51,946 nucleotides of DNA from a virus. Its lineage: Duplodnaviria; Heunggongvirae; Uroviricota; Caudoviricetes. Shown piece by piece: positions 8,568 to 18,034 of this stretch. Where the stretch lies: IMG/VR virus record IMGVR_UViG_3300044259_000172; one strand, written 5' to 3'. The notes below the pieces were generated by a model that did not search any database, was not told the DNA's origin, and was given only the letters and a program-made list of their open reading frames with translations. Every line of letters starts with the position of its first letter. The first letter of the stretch is position 1. The position numbers were made by a program, and so were the translations under genes.

Positions 8568-10781
8568 ATGACAAATCAAGTTAATTCTCGCAAGCTTCTT
8601 TCTGATGCTAAATTCTTTGAAGGTTATTCTAGATGGAATGATTCTGAAAACAGATATGAAACATGGGAAGAATCTGTAGATCGAGTAATGGAAACCCATA
8701 AACAATTCTATGGAGAACTTATGACTCCAGAATTGTTAAAATTCATCGATGAAGCTACGGATACTTATAAAGAAAAACGAGTTCTAGGAGCCCAAAGAGC
8801 TCTTCAATTTGGTGGTGAACAATTACTTAAAAATCATTTGAAACTTTATAATTGTGTTTCTTCGTATGTGGATCGTCCATCATTTTTCCAAGAATGCATT
8901 TACATGCTTTTATCTGGAGCAGGAGCTGGATTTTCAGTCCAAAAGCATCATGTTGAAAAACTTCCACCTATTCAAGATAGAAAAAAGAATGTAAAGCTCT
9001 TCACTGTAGAAGATTCTATTGAAGGTTGGGCGGATGCTCTTGGAGTATTAATGTCATCTTTCTTCGTTGGGGGTGGAACATTTCCTGAATATGAAGCAAA
9101 AAGAGTTTATTTTGATCTTTCAAAAATCCGTCCAAAAGGTGCAAAAATTTCAGGTGGGTTCAAAGCTCCTGGTCCTGAACCTTTAAGAAAAGCTCTTGAT
9201 AAAATTGAATATCTTTTGGTCAATTTGGTTAAATCCGGGGTAAAAAAACTTCGCCCTATTGATGCTTATGATATTGTTATGCATTCGTCAGATGCAGTTT
9301 TAGCAGGTGGTGTAAGGCGATCGGCTACAATTGCTTTGTTTTCTCATGATGATGATGAGATGATTAATGCAAAAACTGGAAATTGGAATGAAGAAAATCC
9401 TCAAAGAGCAAGATCTAACAATTCCGCTGTAATTATTAGAGATGAAATTACAGCAGAAGAATTTTCTAAGATCATGAAATCCGTAAAAGAATATGGAGAA
9501 CCCGGGTTTGTTTTTTCTGCATCAAGAGATTTTACATACAATCCGTGTGTAGAAATTGGAAAGCTTCCAATTGACCAGGAAACTGGAATGTCAGGTTGGC
9601 AGGGATGTAATCTTGCTGAAATCAATGGAGGAATGTGTTTTACAAAGGAAGATTTCTTTAAGGCATGCCGTGCTGGAGCAATTCTTGGAACACTTCAGGC
9701 AGGTTATACTTCATTCCCTTATTTAGGTGAAGTTACCGAAAGAATTTTCAAGAGAGAAGCACTTCTTGGAGTTTCAATTACAGGTTGGATGAATAATCCT
9801 AAAATTCTTTTTGATGAAGATACTCTTAGAGAAGGAGCAAGAATTATCAAAAAGGTTAATAGAAAGGTTGCAAAACTTTTAAATATTAATCCTGCAGCTA
9901 GAACTACTTGCGTAAAACCTTCTGGAAATGCTTCTACTCTTCTAATGACTGCATCAGGCATTCATACTGAATGGTCAAAAAGATATTTTAGAGTTGCTCA
10001 GATGAATAAAGAATCTGAGGTTGCACAATTAATCAAGAAGCATAATCCTTATATGATTGAAGAATCAGTTTGGTCAGCGAATAATTCGGACTATTGTGTA
10101 TTTGCCCCGATCGTTTCTCCTAAAGATTCAATTTTCAAAGAAGAAATGTATGGAGTCAAATTGCTCGAAAAGGTAAAACTTGTCCAAAATACTTGGATTG
10201 AAGAAGGTACGGATGTAGATCTATGTGTAGATCCTAGATTGAGACATAATGTTTCTAATACTGTAACAGTTCTTCCTGATCAATGGGATGAAGTAGAAAA
10301 GTATGTCTTTGAAAATAGATATTCTTTTGCTGGAATTTCATTCTTGTCTTCTTTTGGTGATAAAGATTATGCTCAAGCTCCATTTACAGAAGTCTTGTCT
10401 GAACAAGAAGTGCTTGATAAATATGGTGTAGCTTCTTACTTTGCATCAGGTTTGATTGTGGATGGATTAAAAGTATTCTCTAATCTGTGGAGAGCTATTG
10501 ATGTATCTAATAATTATTCTTCATCATCCCAGGAAAGATTAGATAATCAACAAGATTGGATTAGAAGATTCCATAAATTTTCTAAATCATATTTTGATGG
10601 AGATACGAAAAAAGCTTCTTATTGTCTTAAGGATGTTTATTTGATTCATAAGTGGGAAAAAATTCAAAATACTTATAAGGATATTGATTTTGTGAGACAA
10701 TTGGAATCTAAAAAGTTTACAGAAGTTGATACTTTAGGAGCCATTGCTTGTTCAGGTGGTGCATGTGAGGTGCAATTCTAA
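8568..10781 (+). CDS. nrdJ: Ribonucleotide reductase, class II monomeric RTPR type (adenosylcobalamin-dependent)
   Basis: VRRSA, NPQRARSNNS, NPCVE...GCNLAE, TTCVKPSGNAS, YAQAPF and C-terminal CSGGACE; no class I YY pair seen and no beta subunit adjacent. Confidence 0.8.
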   Translation: MTNQVNSRKLLSDAKFFEGYSRWNDSENRYETWEESVDRVMETHKQFYGELMTPELLKFIDEATDTYKEKRVLGAQRALQFGGEQLLKNHLKLYNCVSSYVDRPSFFQECIYMLLSGAGAGFSVQKHHVEKLPPIQDRKKNVKLFTVEDSIEGWADALGVLMSSFFVGGGTFPEYEAKRVYFDLSKIRPKGAKISGGFKAPGPEPLRKALDKIEYLLVNLVKSGVKKLRPIDAYDIVMHSSDAVLAGGVRRSATIALFSHDDDEMINAKTGNWNEENPQRARSNNSAVIIRDEITAEEFSKIMKSVKEYGEPGFVFSASRDFTYNPCVEIGKLPIDQETGMSGWQGCNLAEINGGMCFTKEDFFKACRAGAILGTLQAGYTSFPYLGEVTERIFKREALLGVSITGWMNNPKILFDEDTLREGARIIKKVNRKVAKLLNINPAARTTCVKPSGNASTLLMTASGIHTEWSKRYFRVAQMNKESEVAQLIKKHNPYMIEESVWSANNSDYCVFAPIVSPKDSIFKEEMYGVKLLEKVKLVQNTWIEEGTDVDLCVDPRLRHNVSNTVTVLPDQWDEVEKYVFENRYSFAGISFLSSFGDKDYAQAPFTEVLSEQEVLDKYGVASYFASGLIVDGLKVFSNLWRAIDVSNNYSSSSQERLDNQQDWIRRFHKFSKSYFDGDTKKASYCLKDVYLIHKWEKIQNTYKDIDFVRQLESKKFTEVDTLGAIACSGGACEVQF

Positions 10782-11017
10782 TGTTTATTGTATATTCTAA
10801 AGATGATTGTTCGTATTGTAGAAAGGCCAAAGATTTTTTGGCCTTTCTTGGAGAAGAATATAAAGAATATAATATTTCAGAAGATCCATCATATAAAGCA
10901 GAAATGATTGAAAGACTTCAATATGATAGAATAGATCCTCCATACACCTATCCCCAGATATGGAATGAAGATGGTTATATTGGAGGTTGTGATAATCTAT
11001 TTAAGATTATGGAATAA
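10781..11017 (+). CDS. Glutaredoxin/NrdC-like
   Basis: YSKDDCSYC (CxxC), TYPQI, YIGGCD. Confidence 0.9.
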   Translation: MFIVYSKDDCSYCRKAKDFLAFLGEEYKEYNISEDPSYKAEMIERLQYDRIDPPYTYPQIWNEDGYIGGCDNLFKIME

Positions 11018-11038
11018 AAGGGCCGAAAGGCCCTTTTT
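11016..11038 (+). terminator. Rho-independent terminator
   Basis: GGGCC-GAAA-GGCCC-TTTTT. Confidence 0.9.
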
Positions 11039-11078
11039 CTTTTGATAAATATAATCAAAAGGAGTCATAAATTTAATT

Positions 11079-12677
11079 ATGTCATTTAAGCAATTTTTAA
11101 CGGAAGCAGCATTTAATATTCAAAAATTTGACAAAGTTTTAACTTTAGTCGAAAAGGTTTTAGAAAAAAGAATTGGAAAAATTTATCGATATAATGGTGA
11201 TCATGGGTTCATTGATCTATCTTATTCTGGAGGAGTAGGTTTTGGATTTTTATATTTCTATAAAGATACATCTGCTTTCAGAATTAACTATGTGAAAGAT
11301 GGATCTTCTTTTAGATTTGAATCTGTAGACATTTGGAATAAGTTTGGATTAAAGAATATTAATCGTCCTATTAAGCCTGACTATAGAGTAAAAATTCCTA
11401 TTGATACAAATATTGTCCAGACATTAGATGCACTCAGCGATGTCCTACGTAAACCTGATACGGGGGCTAAAGTTTTTATTGCTGAACAAAAATATGTTCC
11501 TCTTTATAAACAACTTTTAAATGAAAAGAAAAGAACAACATTTGAAGAATTTTGTTTGTTTGCATCAAAACAACATAATTTATCTTCGATGTCTATGGCA
11601 GACCTGAAAGCCGTTTCTGATCAATATGATGTAGGAATTCCTGGAGCAGTTTGGCAATTAAAAGTTGGAAAGGATAAATTCGATCTTTCTAAACAAGTAG
11701 ATGATACTGCAGTAGTTCAAGCAGATTCTAGTCCAAGTTCTCCTAAAGTGAGTGCAAAAAGTGTCACTGATATTCTCCTCATCACAAGAGGAGATGATGG
11801 TAAGTTTTATAAAATGGACACATCAACTGCCCCTGAAAGTGTTCTAAAAAATGTTTCTTCAGAAATTAATAGAGTCATTAAATCGGATGGGGCTAAGGAA
11901 TTAACCCCTACTCACGTTCTTTTCCAAGATCTTGAAGATCTTGTTTCTATTGTAGCCACAGGTCAGAGACCTTCTCTATGTGTTGTAGGTGGTCCAGGTA
12001 TTGGTAAAACCCACACTGTTATGGATGTTATCAAAGGATGTGGTTTAAAAGAAAGATCTGATTTCGTTGTCGCGAAAGGTAAAGTTACACCTGCTGCTCT
12101 CTATAGAACATTGTTCTTAAATAGAGATAAATTAATTATTTTTGATGATACGGACTCTATTTGGAAAGATGGAGATGCTGTCAATATTCTTAAGGCTGCT
12201 TTGGATTCTTATGACGTTAGAAAGGTAACATGGTTCTCAGCCCAGACTACAAATCTTTCGTCATTTTCGAAGGAAGAAGCTAGAAACTTTATCAATAAAG
12301 TTCATGCAGAACTTTCTGAAAATCCTGACGCCCAAGTAAAACTTCCTGCTGAATTTGATTTCACCGGAAGAGTTATTTTTATTTCAAATCTTCCAAAGAA
12401 TAAATTAGACTCTGCTGTTATTTCTAGATCGTTGACTATCGATATGACTCTTTCGGAAGCACAAATTTTAGAAAGAATGGAAGCAATTCTATCTAAATTA
12501 GGACCATCTGATCAACCAATTGAAGATAAAATTGAAGCATTTAATTTCTTTAAAGATGGAGTTTTATCAGGAAATTCTACCGACTTCGGAGAAGTTACAT
12601 TGAGAGCTCTTATTGGGGTTCTAGGAATCAGGGCTTCTGGATCTCCTAGATGGAAATCATTATGTAAATATGTTTAA
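11079..12677 (+). CDS. AAA+ ATPase with an unknown N-terminal domain and a capsid-targeting-like N-terminus
   Basis: Walker A GGPGIGKT, Walker B LIIFDD, VIFISN sensor, SAVISRS arginine finger; starts MSFKQFLTE. Confidence 0.8.
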   Translation: MSFKQFLTEAAFNIQKFDKVLTLVEKVLEKRIGKIYRYNGDHGFIDLSYSGGVGFGFLYFYKDTSAFRINYVKDGSSFRFESVDIWNKFGLKNINRPIKPDYRVKIPIDTNIVQTLDALSDVLRKPDTGAKVFIAEQKYVPLYKQLLNEKKRTTFEEFCLFASKQHNLSSMSMADLKAVSDQYDVGIPGAVWQLKVGKDKFDLSKQVDDTAVVQADSSPSSPKVSAKSVTDILLITRGDDGKFYKMDTSTAPESVLKNVSSEINRVIKSDGAKELTPTHVLFQDLEDLVSIVATGQRPSLCVVGGPGIGKTHTVMDVIKGCGLKERSDFVVAKGKVTPAALYRTLFLNRDKLIIFDDTDSIWKDGDAVNILKAALDSYDVRKVTWFSAQTTNLSSFSKEEARNFINKVHAELSENPDAQVKLPAEFDFTGRVIFISNLPKNKLDSAVISRSLTIDMTLSEAQILERMEAILSKLGPSDQPIEDKIEAFNFFKDGVLSGNSTDFGEVTLRALIGVLGIRASGSPRWKSLCKYV

Positions 12678-12684
12678 TATAAAC

Positions 12685-12715
12685 AAAAGGCTCCTAAATT
12701 TTAGGAGCCTTTTTT
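12685..12715. terminator. Bidirectional terminator
   Basis: AAAAGGCTCCTAAA-TTTTAGGAGCCTTTTT between convergent genes. Confidence 0.9.
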
Positions 12716-12719
12716 AATT

Positions 12720-12929
12720 TTACCATGATCGAAGAATATGTTTCTTTTGACACCCTGGGCAATTTACCCATTCCTGCCCATCTGCCCCGCCACTATAATC
12801 TTTTCCTTCATATTTTAGAATATCAGATTTTGTATAGACTACAATTGCTCCACACCCAGGATCAGTTCTTGTTCCTGAACATGTAAATTTTTCTTTCTTT
12901 GATTCATCAAATCCTATAATAATTGCCAT
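12720..12929 (-). CDS. Small Cys-rich (zinc ribbon-like) hypothetical protein
   Basis: C......GCG...CPGC. Confidence 0.55.
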   Translation of the reverse strand: MAIIIGFDESKKEKFTCSGTRTDPGCGAIVVYTKSDILKYEGKDYSGGADGQEWVNCPGCQKKHILRSW

Positions 12930-12932
12930 ATC

Positions 12933-13187
12933 TTAATCCTTAATCTGAAGTTCTACAACTTCAAGTTTTCCAATATAATAGTTACGAGGTGTGGAATATC
13001 CGGCATTGTACCATTCAGTATCCGTATTCGCAGCCTTTTCAGCTACTTTACGATCATAAACAACCCAAATATTATCCGTTGTTATATCTAAAATGAATTC
13101 TTCAGAAGTACAAAATTCTCCATCACCATTAGATGAAGTGTAGAACCCCATTAATTCACCAGATTTAATATGTCGAAGTGCAAACAT
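12933..13187 (-). CDS. Hypothetical protein
   Basis: ORF with GGAG RBS, in an operon. Confidence 0.6.
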   Translation of the reverse strand: MFALRHIKSGELMGFYTSSNGDGEFCTSEEFILDITTDNIWVVYDRKVAEKAANTDTEWYNAGYSTPRNYYIGKLEVVELQIKD

Positions 13188-13256
13188 TTTAAAGTCTCCA
13201 TAGAATTTTGTCTAAATATAGTTTAAATCAAAATCCTATGAATGTAAATAGTCTTC

Positions 13257-13817
13257 TCACAACAATTTTAATTGAGAAGACTTTAATTGCATACAAATTT
13301 CAGAAACCCATTTTGCCTGATTTTTAGCATCATCTAAAGCATTATGAGCTGTTCCTTTGAAATCAGGCATCTTATAGCCTATAGCTTCTCCGATATCTTT
13401 CACAGTCCTACAATCTCTAATATTCCAAAATTTCCAAAGAATATCAATATCACATTGTTTAAATGCATATTCCAGGATAGAAATATCAAATGTAGGACCA
13501 TTTCCCCACATCTTAATATTTGAAGGATTGAAATCTTTCTGCAAGAAAAAGTTGAATTTATTCAAAACAAAAGGCAAGGAAGAATTTCCGCCAAAAGTTG
13601 ACTTCTTAGCATCACTGCTTTGCTCAATCCACCATTTTACAGTTGAAGCACTTGGAGTTCCATATTTAAATGAACTCTCAATATCAACAGTTTCATAAAA
13701 TTCATCATATTGATTACCTGTCTCAATATCAAATAAAACTGCTCCAATAGAAATTATTGGAGCATCATAAGAAGTTCCCATGGTTTCAAGATCTACCATG
13801 CATTGAATATTCATCAT
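13257..13817 (-). CDS. DEDDh 3'-5' exonuclease (DexA/ExoVIII-like)
   Basis: VDLETMG...IISIGAV, WGNGPTFD, RDCRT, HNALDDA. Confidence 0.85.
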   Translation of the reverse strand: MMNIQCMVDLETMGTSYDAPIISIGAVLFDIETGNQYDEFYETVDIESSFKYGTPSASTVKWWIEQSSDAKKSTFGGNSSLPFVLNKFNFFLQKDFNPSNIKMWGNGPTFDISILEYAFKQCDIDILWKFWNIRDCRTVKDIGEAIGYKMPDFKGTAHNALDDAKNQAKWVSEICMQLKSSQLKLL

Positions 13818-14359
13818 TTATTTCTAAATCCTTTATTAGAGTCCTTTTGAGGAATAGATTGCTTCCTCTTATCATATTTAGGTTTATCAATTTTATTAGT
13901 AGGAGAAATATACCTAATTGAAATTTCTTCAGGGCAATCTTCCTTTTCAAGGAAAAGGTCAATTTTAGAAATGATTAGATATTCATCAGAAAAATGTCTC
14001 ATATTATTGCCTATCAAAATTAATTGGTGAATTTCTATCTTGAGGGAATTCCGGAATTTCTTCTCTAGAAATTTCCTTTAAGTGGATAATTTCCATACCA
14101 GGTCTAACTACAGTAAATGGAATTTCAGAAACTACCCACTTACCAATTTGAAAATCATATGAAATCCACCAAGATTTATCATGATTGCTCATCGATAATA
14201 TTTCTTTCTATCAGAATTGGAACAAAAGGTTGTGCGTAATTATCAATTTCAATAAGAGCTCTTGTAGTTCCTACTGATACAATTTTGATATTTCCTATCA
14301 ATCTACAAACCTTAGGCAAATCTTCAAATTTGATTCCAAAAAATCTTTGTTGCATATTT

Positions 14360-14707
14360 TTAATCCGGAATAGTTAGTCTATGATTTTCAGCAAAAACTT
14401 TCAGATCATATGACATATTATCCGGGGAAAATGATATGTCATGAATTTCCTGTAGATCTTTCAAAAATCTTTTATCGTGGGGCGAAACCTCAGTTATTCC
14501 GAGAATTACTTCTGAAGATGCCGATAATCCTTCTAAAGATTTAGAATATTTGTCATCAGGAATTAAAAACCCGACTGCACACTTCAACCCATTTGGACTC
14601 CTATAAGCACAAACACCATTACCATTTACACTCATCTTAAATCCTTGAGATTTCATCCCGAGAAAAGCCACATTGAAAATTTCTTGTCGAGTTTTAAATG
14701 TTGTCAT
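14360..14707 (-). CDS. Conserved-looking phage hypothetical protein
   Basis: CAYRSPNGLKCAVG.LIPD, LQEIHD. Confidence 0.6.
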   Translation of the reverse strand: MTTFKTRQEIFNVAFLGMKSQGFKMSVNGNGVCAYRSPNGLKCAVGFLIPDDKYSKSLEGLSASSEVILGITEVSPHDKRFLKDLQEIHDISFSPDNMSYDLKVFAENHRLTIPD

Positions 14708-14894
14708 TTATAAATCCTTCTTTGACCATTTCTTCACAAACAAACTTTGCTTCCTGTCGTTCATGCTTACGCCGAGACCGATCGCGTACTTCTCGGATGT
14801 TACGACGCTTGTCGCTTTTTCCAGTGCAGCAACCATACGGACAAGATTTTCCAATATCACTGCGCGAGTGTCCATAAGGTTTCATATCAATCAA
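14694..14894 (-). CDS. Small basic protein (MKPYG...CPYGCC, Arg-rich)
   Basis: ORF with GGAG RBS; locally GC-rich. Confidence 0.55.
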   Translation of the reverse strand: MIDMKPYGHSRSDIGKSCPYGCCTGKSDKRRNIREVRDRSRRKHERQEAKFVCEEMVKEGFINDNI

Positions 14895-14902
14895 ACTCCT
14901 AA

Positions 14903-15244
14903 TTAAAGATGAATTGGTTTATCAGAAAGATCATTCATCCATTTTTCAACAATAGACCATTCAATAAGATTTTGGCAACCATATGTCAGAGGACGACATC
15001 TATCACCAAACTCCATTGGATATTTGTCGGCAATAATTCCCAAATTCCGCTTCAAATAAGAAGTGAATGGTTGGACCATATAGGTCGGTGCAGATCCAAT
15101 ATAATCCCCATTATGAGAATAAAAATTATATCTCTGAAAATCATCTGACATAAATCCGACACCAGCAATACAAAGCTTATAAAGATCAACATGAGCCCTA
15201 TTGCTTTCGATCTTTTCCATATTCAATTTCTTATTCATGGTCAA
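14903..15244 (-). CDS. Hypothetical early protein
   Basis: First gene after the early promoter at 15273-15299; GAGG RBS. Confidence 0.6.
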   Translation of the reverse strand: MTMNKKLNMEKIESNRAHVDLYKLCIAGVGFMSDDFQRYNFYSHNGDYIGSAPTYMVQPFTSYLKRNLGIIADKYPMEFGDRCRPLTYGCQNLIEWSIVEKWMNDLSDKPIHL

Positions 15245-15272
15245 TTCCTCAATTCATCATCATTAATAACAA

Positions 15273-15299
15273 AGTATATCAAATACCCTGCATTGTAAA
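15273..15299 (-). promoter_or_regulatory. Early promoter, TTTACA-N15-TATACT with an extended TG
   Basis: The same (C)TATTTACA/GTTTACA motif recurs on the minus strand at about 13243, 16433, 19792, 21425, 21649, 23652 and 25428. Confidence 0.7.
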
Positions 15300-15303
15300 C
15301 AAT

Positions 15304-15561
15304 TTATTTTATTGGTTTGTATGTCCAAAAGAAAATTTTTCCAATTTTCCATTGCTTGAAACCAATAGGAATTATCCCAGCCCAATTATTCTTTCTTGCT
15401 TGTGATCGAGAAGGAAACTTTTTAAGATGGTCCACAATAATGTCTTCGATAGTAGTTTCATCATCAATTTCAATGAAAATTTCATTTGAAAGATCGTTAT
15501 CCCAATCAGCAAACAAAATTTCTCTGTCACTGATCGTAGTATCTTTATGGACAAAATTCAT
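15304..15561 (-). CDS. Stand-alone S4-like RNA-binding domain (TyrRS C-terminal-like)
   Basis: IEDIIV.HL..FPSRSQARKNNW matches the S4 SRSQAR signature; start re-set to MNFVHK. Confidence 0.5.
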   Translation of the reverse strand: MNFVHKDTTISDREILFADWDNDLSNEIFIEIDDETTIEDIIVDHLKKFPSRSQARKNNWAGIIPIGFKQWKIGKIFFWTYKPIK

Positions 15562-15765
15562 CGAAATAACTCCTAATTTTCGTTTGGCCAATTCTTGAGC
15601 CAAACACATTCTATGTCATAGCTTTTGACATTCCAAATATTTGCTAAACGAATTTGAGCTTGGATTTTATTATCTGCAGGCATAATAGTTACAGTCTCTG
15701 ATTTTCGATTTTTTACCCAAACTCGATATTTTCTATTTCCTGAATAACGTCTTCCATACCCCACT

Positions 15766-16062
15766 TTATTTCTCCACAAATTTTCCATCAATAGTCCAAT
15801 TTTTAAGCATTGAAATAGCTTCATTCATTGCATTATATTTTCTTTTATGAGGATCAGAATAAACATCCCTAACCCATTGAGCGGAAGCTATCCAACCTGG
15901 ACCGTCTGAAAATTCCAAAAGACTAATATTGACAATCCTTTTGAAGGGATCATCTTTCTGACGAACTTGATATTCACCAGCACAAATCTTATTTGAAATA
16001 AATTGAGACATTTTATTTCTCTCTATTTGATTTTTGTAATTTTTACAAAGCCTTCTGGCCAT
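15766..16062 (-). CDS. Hypothetical protein
   Basis: ORF in an early operon; the true start is probably MSQFIS. Confidence 0.5.
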   Translation of the reverse strand: MARRLCKNYKNQIERNKMSQFISNKICAGEYQVRQKDDPFKRIVNISLLEFSDGPGWIASAQWVRDVYSDPHKRKYNAMNEAISMLKNWTIDGKFVEK

Positions 16063-16376
16063 TGCTTGACTTCAAAGAGATATTCTTCAAGAACCTCGAT
16101 ATTTGGATTTAGAAAATCGATATCGACTCGTTTGATAGTGAATTGAGCTTCTGGTTTATCAAAGCAAATGCCAGAAACTCTATGAATTTCCGAAGGAAGA
16201 CTAAGTTCTGCCCCATTCATTCCATACATTGTACGAGGTTCAGTGATAGAAAGTTGTGTCATGATGTAGTCAAAATGTTTAAATGGTTTTGGAATCTTTG
16301 TAGTTTCAAGACTCCATTCACCATCATAAATAAATTCGACTTCATTATTTTCAACTTTAATAGCAAATTCAGTCAT
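16023..16376 (-). CDS. Hypothetical protein
   Basis: GGAG RBS, downstream of the promoter at 16433. Confidence 0.55.
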   Translation of the reverse strand: MTEFAIKVENNEVEFIYDGEWSLETTKIPKPFKHFDYIMTQLSITEPRTMYGMNGAELSLPSEIHRVSGICFDKPEAQFTIKRVDIDFLNPNIEVLEEYLFEVKQWPEGFVKITKIK

Positions 16377-16418
16377 TATCTTTGCTCCATTTGTTTATTT
16401 GTTGGATACAGAATAAAC

Positions 16419-16449
16419 AAAAACCGAACCATTGTAAATAGTTCGGTTT
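16419..16449 (-). terminator. Terminator hairpin whose loop carries the -35 box of the next early promoter
   Basis: AAACCGAAC/GTTCGGTTT inverted repeat enclosing TGTAAATA (TATTTACA on the minus strand). Confidence 0.65.
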
Positions 16450-16463
16450 CATTATTTAAAAAA

Positions 16464-17579
16464 TTATTCTGAAAGAATTCGAAGAAGCTCTTTTCCATAT
16501 TCCTGAGAATCAATTTGAGTCTTCTTTTTCTGAAAATCGAGAATTGAACTCCACAATTTTGTAGACTTTTTAATCATTCTAATTCGGTTAATCAATTGCT
16601 CTTTATTGTCAATATAAAGAAACTTGCCTATCTCAGAATCGCCATAAACTTTATGGATAGGATCCATTTCAGAATGAATAAATGTTACAACATTTGCTCT
16701 AATAGACTCATAAACTCTACATGTAATATGTTCAAAGGACGCAAAAATTGGATCGCCAATTACCATGTGTGCAATAGAACTATTCAACTTTTGAGGAAAT
16801 TCATTGAACTTTACAGGACCTGAAAATACTGGAAATCTCGAAACTTTTGAAATATTCTTTTCACTGAATTTTTCAGGATTAATTTTTCCAAACATTTCTA
16901 CATTAATATCTTCTGGATGATCGAAGAAATATTCGATCATCTTTTTTTCTCTTTTTCCGCCTCTCATAGTTCCCCCATAAATTAAATCTACTTGAGGAGT
17001 AAGATTTGCTTCAAGTTGGGCATATGAAATAAGAGGAAATTTTTCGATTGGAAAATGAACTACATTTTCAGGTACAACAATTCCATATTTAGACTTTTCT
17101 TTAAGGCGATTGAGGATAGCCTGAGTGTTAGATCCTTGAGAGATGTATGTAATATCATCTCTTGTAATTTCGATGTCCTGGCGATCCCATTTTGATCCCC
17201 AAGATTTCTTTTCTACCGATCCCCAACATTGTCTGAGAGTTAAATCGGTATCAGAATAAAGATAGAAAATTTTTCCTTTAAAATTATTAATATATTTGTA
17301 ATTTAAAAGATCTAATCTATTTTCTTCTCCTCCAAAGAAATTAATATTTCCATTGAAAACTAATAAAACTCCTTCATTAGGAATTTCAGAATTTTCAATA
17401 TCATGCCATGAAAAAGAATTTACTAGAATATCTCTATTTAAGATTTTTGTGTAAATATGAATATCAGCTCCAACTGAATGGAGAATGTCTACAAGACATC
17501 TCGCTTCTCCATTTCCAGCTGAAGTATCATTTGCATTAAATGCTATGCGGGCTCCAATTTTTAAAACATTGATTCTCAT
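16464..17579 (-). CDS. bgt: DNA beta-glucosyltransferase (T4 Bgt-like)
   Basis: NGNINFFGG, ISQG, FPIE, DLIYGG.MRGG.RE.KMIEY.FD, IGD, RVYE align with T4 Bgt motifs. Confidence 0.85.
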   Translation of the reverse strand: MRINVLKIGARIAFNANDTSAGNGEARCLVDILHSVGADIHIYTKILNRDILVNSFSWHDIENSEIPNEGVLLVFNGNINFFGGEENRLDLLNYKYINNFKGKIFYLYSDTDLTLRQCWGSVEKKSWGSKWDRQDIEITRDDITYISQGSNTQAILNRLKEKSKYGIVVPENVVHFPIEKFPLISYAQLEANLTPQVDLIYGGTMRGGKREKKMIEYFFDHPEDINVEMFGKINPEKFSEKNISKVSRFPVFSGPVKFNEFPQKLNSSIAHMVIGDPIFASFEHITCRVYESIRANVVTFIHSEMDPIHKVYGDSEIGKFLYIDNKEQLINRIRMIKKSTKLWSSILDFQKKKTQIDSQEYGKELLRILSE

Positions 17580-17606
17580 TAAAAACTCCTATAATCTATA
17601 TAGCAT

Positions 17607-17969
17607 TTAATCCAAAATCTCAATTTTTACTTTAGAAACTCCAGATTTTAAAAATCCTAGTCTAGAAGCCCCAATTCTGGAAACATCTATAATTCTACCT
17701 TTTACGAAAGGACCTCTATCATTAATGGTAAAAATTTCTGATTTTCCGTTTTTAATATTTGTAACTCTAACTTTAGTTCCAAATTTAAGAGTTTTATGAG
17801 CAGCTGTAAATCTTGAGTTATGTAATCTTTCACCTGATGCAGTTCTATTTCCACTCGAACTTACAGTGTAATAAGATGCTATTCCGAAAAGTTCTTTGCC
17901 TTGGACGACCTCATGATTACATAAAATCAGTCCAAGGCAAAGTGTTAAATTCTTGTGTAATTTTTTCAT
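17607..17969 (-). CDS. RlpA-like double-psi beta-barrel lytic transglycosylase with a signal peptide
   Basis: GIASYY, TASGE, TAAHKTL.FGTKVRVTN, INDRGPF..GRIIDVS. Confidence 0.9.
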   Translation of the reverse strand: MKKLHKNLTLCLGLILCNHEVVQGKELFGIASYYTVSSSGNRTASGERLHNSRFTAAHKTLKFGTKVRVTNIKNGKSEIFTINDRGPFVKGRIIDVSRIGASRLGFLKSGVSKVKIEILD

Positions 17970-18034
17970 TATTTCCTTCTCATGAAAGGAATTATTCCTT
18001 TCATGATTTTATTTATTGCGAAAATTACTTTATT

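Noticed and set aside
8568-10781. Class I NrdA assignment
   Set aside because: No C-terminal YY radical-transfer pair, RTPR-type motifs, and no adjacent NrdB.
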